Under the pieces are notes generated by a model. That model was not told the origin of the DNA. It saw only the letters and a list, made by a program, of their open reading frames with translations, and made no database searches. The position numbers and the translations under genes are program-made. From Terracidiphilus sp. (lineage in GTDB: Bacteria; Acidobacteriota; Terriglobia; Terriglobales; Acidobacteriaceae), in assembly GCA_035510955.1 (NCBI GenBank), contig DATKGE010000223.1:4199-68198 (forward strand): a stretch of 64,000 nt of DNA. The letters run 5' to 3'. Below are positions 60,229 to 64,000 of this stretch, in pieces (the stretch's first letter is position 1; each line of letters opens with the position of its first letter).

Positions 60229-60244
60229 CGGCTCGACGCTCAAC

Positions 60245-60289
60245 GGGATTCGCTGCACGGGATTCGCTGCATGGGATTCGCTGCATGGG
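60245..60289 (+). repeat. 14-bp tandem repeat x3 (GGGATTCGCTGCAY)
   Basis: Three contiguous copies between the two VWFA genes. Confidence 0.85.
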
Positions 60290-60308
60290 CTTCGGCGAGG
60301 GGAGGCAT

Positions 60309-62471
60309 ATGGGATGGTCACAACGATGCTGGCTTTCGCTGCTGTTGGTTCCCATGCTGGCATGCGCGCAAGAAACTGCGCATATCCCTACACCGGGCGC
60401 GGACTCGACGTTGGCGGGGGTTGAGTGGGAAGGGCGCATCCATCTTGACGTGACGGTGACGGACAAGGCGGGGAAGGCTGTGTCCGGACTGGCAAGCACG
60501 GACTTAACGCTACTGGACAACGGCCAGCCGGCGAAGATTGTTTCCTTTTCAGCATTCGATGCGGTTCAGAGCAAGCCGGATCCTGCGGCTGAAATCATCC
60601 TGGTGATCGACGCGGCGAATCATACGAAGGATCAGACTTCCGATGAGCAGCTCGGAATTCAAAATTTTCTGCGCCAGAATGGCGGGCATCTGGCGCAGCC
60701 GGTGGAGATTTATCGGCTTTCCGACATGGGTTTGTCGGGAACGGCTGCGCCCTCCACCGACGGCAACGCGCTGGCCGAGGAGGTGGCGCAAAAAAGCGGA
60801 CTGCAGGAGATTGTTCGCAGCCGGGACGACGTCCAGACCATCCTCACTCCCCAGGCCAATAGCCCGTCCTTTCGCAATCCATCGTTTCATCCGCAATCGG
60901 CGCTGCGGGCGCTCGGCTCCATCGCCTTGATCGAGCGGCGGAAACCGGGGAGAAAGCTGATGGTCTGGGTTGGTTACAGCGGACCGGTGGGTGAGAGCTC
61001 GTTCGAGTGGATCACCGAATTTTTGACGCGGCTGCGCCAGGCGCGCATCAGCCTCTTCGGCGTTACGTTCTGGCAACGACCGGACCGCAGATTTGCATAC
61101 GCTGGCTTCCTGGGTGGGGTGCGATCGCCGGGAGATGCAAAAGCAGGCAACTTGGCCTTTGAGGTGCTTGCCGAGCAGAGCGGCGGCAGCGCGATGGAAG
61201 AACCGGACAACGACCTGACGCGCTTGATCGACAAATGCGTGCAGGACGCGAGCGTGTTTTACACCATCTCCTTCGATGCGCCGCGCACCGAACAGCTGGA
61301 TGACTATCACGCATTGAGCATTGAAGTGGACAAGCCCGGAGTGCGCGCGCGCACGAACGCGGGGTACTACGATCAGCCGGTTTATTACGATCAAGTACCG
61401 GTTCCGGCGGAGCGGGTGACGGTGGATGAGCTGGAGAAGATGCTCAAGAACTCCCACGGCGCATCGGAGGCAGAACTGGCGCGGAAGCTGTCGTACGTGG
61501 AGTTGAGCGAGCGGATGAGCAGCGCGCGGCTTTTAAGCTGGAAGGGCCGCGTGCACGGCGCGAAGGCATGGACTGCGCTGGTGGCCCTGGCGGATGCTTC
61601 GGCATTTCTGGCTCCGCCGGCAGCGGAGATTCTAGTCAATGCGGCGCCGGACCAGGCAGCACAGCAGGAAATGCTCAAGAAGACCAGCGACTATGTGCGC
61701 GAGACGATCCCAAAGCTGCCGGACTTCTATGCAACGCGAACGACGGCTCGTTTTGAACAGCCCCCAGGCAAGGAGGGACAGACCTGGAAGACCGCGACCG
61801 GCGAACAGAGTCTGCGGCAGGTGGGCAGGTGGGAGGCAACCGTCCACTATCGCAATGGGTTTGAGGAGGTGGATGCGAAGGCGGTGAAGGGGAAGAGTGT
61901 GGAACAGGAACAGGGGCGGCTGAAGACACGGGGGACGTTCGGTCCCATTCTTATCGTGGTGCTAGGGGACGCGGCACGCAGCGAACTGGCCTGGAGCCGC
62001 TGGGAGCGGGGCGCAGACGGACCGCTCGCGGTTTTTCGCTACCGGGTTCCGGGGAATCATTCGGAGTATGAAGTCTCGTATGGCAGCATCCTGGCAGACG
62101 GCGTGAGTACTGGCGTATTTCGGCGCGCGACCGGGTACCACGGAGAGATTACGATCGATCCGGCGAGCGGAGCCGTGCTGCGGCTGACGGGGGAGGCGGA
62201 CCTGGAACCGAACCTGCCCATCGACCGCTTCAGCATTCTGGTGGAATATGGTCCGGTAGAGATCGGAGGGGGTACGCATATCTGCCTGCTGAGGAGCGTT
62301 GCGATTGCGCGCGTGCGCAAGATTTTCAACATGGAGGAGTGGGGCGAAGCCTTCACGATTTACGGGCCCTTCGAAAATATGCTGGACGACGTTGCTTTTG
62401 AGAAATATCACATGTTTCACGGAGAAGCGCGGGTGCTGAGCGGGTTTGAGGATGTGCCGGAGAAAAAATAG
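60309..62471 (+). CDS. VWFA-related secreted protein with additional C-terminal beta-rich domain
   Basis: N-terminal half paralogous to 59098-60228; C-terminal LPDF.A.R.T.RF, YHGEI.IDP.SG.VLRL, VEYGPV.IGG. Confidence 0.88.
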   Translation: MGWSQRCWLSLLLVPMLACAQETAHIPTPGADSTLAGVEWEGRIHLDVTVTDKAGKAVSGLASTDLTLLDNGQPAKIVSFSAFDAVQSKPDPAAEIILVIDAANHTKDQTSDEQLGIQNFLRQNGGHLAQPVEIYRLSDMGLSGTAAPSTDGNALAEEVAQKSGLQEIVRSRDDVQTILTPQANSPSFRNPSFHPQSALRALGSIALIERRKPGRKLMVWVGYSGPVGESSFEWITEFLTRLRQARISLFGVTFWQRPDRRFAYAGFLGGVRSPGDAKAGNLAFEVLAEQSGGSAMEEPDNDLTRLIDKCVQDASVFYTISFDAPRTEQLDDYHALSIEVDKPGVRARTNAGYYDQPVYYDQVPVPAERVTVDELEKMLKNSHGASEAELARKLSYVELSERMSSARLLSWKGRVHGAKAWTALVALADASAFLAPPAAEILVNAAPDQAAQQEMLKKTSDYVRETIPKLPDFYATRTTARFEQPPGKEGQTWKTATGEQSLRQVGRWEATVHYRNGFEEVDAKAVKGKSVEQEQGRLKTRGTFGPILIVVLGDAARSELAWSRWERGADGPLAVFRYRVPGNHSEYEVSYGSILADGVSTGVFRRATGYHGEITIDPASGAVLRLTGEADLEPNLPIDRFSILVEYGPVEIGGGTHICLLRSVAIARVRKIFNMEEWGEAFTIYGPFENMLDDVAFEKYHMFHGEARVLSGFEDVPEKK

Positions 62472-62532
62472 GTTGGGCGGCGCCAGGCGTTGGGGGGGGC
62501 CGAAGCGGCCGTGCATGGGGCTTCAGCGTTTG

Positions 62533-62561
62533 TTGACAGCAGGAATCGCAGCTCCTAGAAT
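62533..62561 (+). promoter_or_regulatory. Near-consensus sigma70 promoter of hrcA
   Basis: TTGACA-N17-TAGAAT. Confidence 0.85.
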
Positions 62562-62699
62562 TAAACAGGTCTATTCTGCTCATTCTCTGGCATAAATTGC
62601 AGATAGTTTGGAGTTTAGCCGGATTTGGCCTGTTTTCGGGCGGGCCTCGGATGACCTCGACTGAAGGCGGGCGCAAGCGGCGACGGAGAGCAGGGAAGC

Positions 62700-63878
62700 A
62701 TGGCGGATGTGCGCGTCAGCCCGCGCGAGCGGGTGGTGCTTACGGCTATCATCGAGCTGTACATTGCTACCGGCGAGCCCGTGGCTTCGCAGGCGGTTGC
62801 GCAGACGTTTGCCGATCGCGAGGGGCTGAGTTCCGCCACCGTGCGCAACGTGATGGCTACCCTGGGCGATGCCGGCCTGCTGGAGCAGGCGCACAGTTCT
62901 GCCGGACGCGTGCCAACAGCGGCTGCCTTCCGGTATTACGTAGAGCAGATTACGCAGCCGGGGCGCGCGGCGGCAGGGGCGCAGGCCGGCGGGGCTGCAG
63001 CGCAGGGGGCTTCGGCTCTCAATTCATCACTCGGCTCGGGGCTTGGCTCGGGTCTGTTGAGCGATGCCCGGCGCGAGCAGATTGAGGACAGCTTCACGGG
63101 CGTGAACAGCTCGAATGAATACCTCGAGCGGACTTCACACGTGCTGGCGCTGATCTCGAGTGGGCTGGGCGTGGCGCTGGCCAGCGCCACTGCAGGCCAG
63201 GTGCTGGAGCACATTCACTTTTCACGGCTCTCGACGGGCCGCGTGCTGGCGGTGCTGGTAACGCAGAACGGGGCGGTGCTGGACCGGGTGCTGGCTCTGG
63301 ACCGCGAACTGACCCATCTCGAGCTCGAAACCGCGGCGCGCTACCTCAACGAGAACTTTCGCGGCTGGCCGATCGAGCGCATCCGCGCCGAGGTTGTGCG
63401 GCGCATGGAAGCGGAGCGCGAAGCGTATCGCCAGATGCTGGCCTCGGTGGAGGAGCTTTGCCGCAAGGGGGCGCTCGCGGGGGGCGAATCCAGTCCCGCA
63501 ATTTTTGTGGACGGAATGGCCAACCTGATCAGCGCCGAGCTGGACCGCGAGCGGCTGCGCCAGATGCTGCTGGCTTTGGAAGCCAAGCAGCGGCTGGTGG
63601 ACCTGCTGACCGCCTACGTGGACGGCCGTCAGCAGGAGGTGCGCGTGGTGGTGGGACTGGACGAGGCCTCGCCGGCCATGCAGGACCTGGTGCTGATTGG
63701 CGCGCCGGCGCGGCTGGGCGGCGCAAATCTGGGCACGGTTGCTGTGATCGCTCCCACGCGCATCCAATACCAGGAGATGATTCAGGCGGTGCGGTATATT
63801 GCCCGGCTTTCCGAACGGCTGTTCGAGGTTCCTGCGGATTCCGGGAACTCTGCCGAAGGGCCATTTAATAGGCTCTGA
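62700..63878 (+). CDS. hrcA: Heat-inducible transcription repressor HrcA
   Basis: VL.AII..YI.TGEPV.S, SSATVRN.M..L, Q.HSSAGRVPT...FRYYV, G.V.VI.PTR..Y. Confidence 0.93.
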   Translation: MADVRVSPRERVVLTAIIELYIATGEPVASQAVAQTFADREGLSSATVRNVMATLGDAGLLEQAHSSAGRVPTAAAFRYYVEQITQPGRAAAGAQAGGAAAQGASALNSSLGSGLGSGLLSDARREQIEDSFTGVNSSNEYLERTSHVLALISSGLGVALASATAGQVLEHIHFSRLSTGRVLAVLVTQNGAVLDRVLALDRELTHLELETAARYLNENFRGWPIERIRAEVVRRMEAEREAYRQMLASVEELCRKGALAGGESSPAIFVDGMANLISAELDRERLRQMLLALEAKQRLVDLLTAYVDGRQQEVRVVVGLDEASPAMQDLVLIGAPARLGGANLGTVAVIAPTRIQYQEMIQAVRYIARLSERLFEVPADSGNSAEGPFNRL

Positions 63879-64000
63879 ATGGTGATGACGGTACAATAAA
63901 CCCGCGATCGGCGCAGGCGAGGCGGAAATGCGCTTCCCGAGGCAGATGCAGGCGGCGGGGAAAAAAATTAGAATGGAATCAGGCACAGTTGATTTTTCGG

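Noticed and set aside
60245-60289. CRISPR array (also considered for 55298 and 57763)
   Set aside because: The repeats are short and contiguous, with no spacers and no cas genes
50283-62605. Identical 13-mer TAAATTGCAGATA upstream of the recombinase-domain gene (50283) and hrcA (62593)
   Set aside because: Only two copies, non-palindromic, and the sigma54 spacing holds at only one; may be chance
63002-63023. Possible decayed REP relics in hrcA (gcagggggcttcggctc) and the mutL linker (gaggcttcaatccaggggg, ~24634)
   Set aside because: Similarity to the GGGCTTYAGCCC core is too short and degenerate to call without a genome-wide model

Overview
GC-rich chromosomal core region. The gene content (VWFA-related tandem genes, omega-like small protein, NIPSNAP, DUF1684, TPR-fused M1 peptidase) points to an Acidobacteriota (Terriglobia-like) genome; this is inferred, not verified. 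About 55 CDS are supported, including mutS2, hsp20-clpB (with HspR HAIR-like operators), pcrA/uvrD, cspA, add, mutL, cmk, pyrRBC, mreBCD, lrp-ald, ntrYX-like, lpxB, aroG and hrcA. No tRNA, rRNA, CRISPR array or prophage was seen. The main unusual signals are: (1) two families of short palindromic REP-like elements that occur between genes, have also inserted in frame into pcrA/uvrD and lpxB, and carry a third small element nested inside them; (2) an AT-richer, translationally coupled three-gene cassette (small acidic ORF, ribbon-helix-helix protein, 2-TM protein) with an operator array; (3) a RelE-like toxin with an AbrB-like antitoxin; (4) two tandem paralogs sharing an unrecognised C-terminal CX5C domain; (5) an omega-like gene divergent from a 51-aa Lys/Arg-rich ORF missing from the ORF track; (6) enzymes with degenerate catalytic motifs and a nonsense-interrupted kdoO next to an IS630 relic; (7) many apparently leaderless genes.
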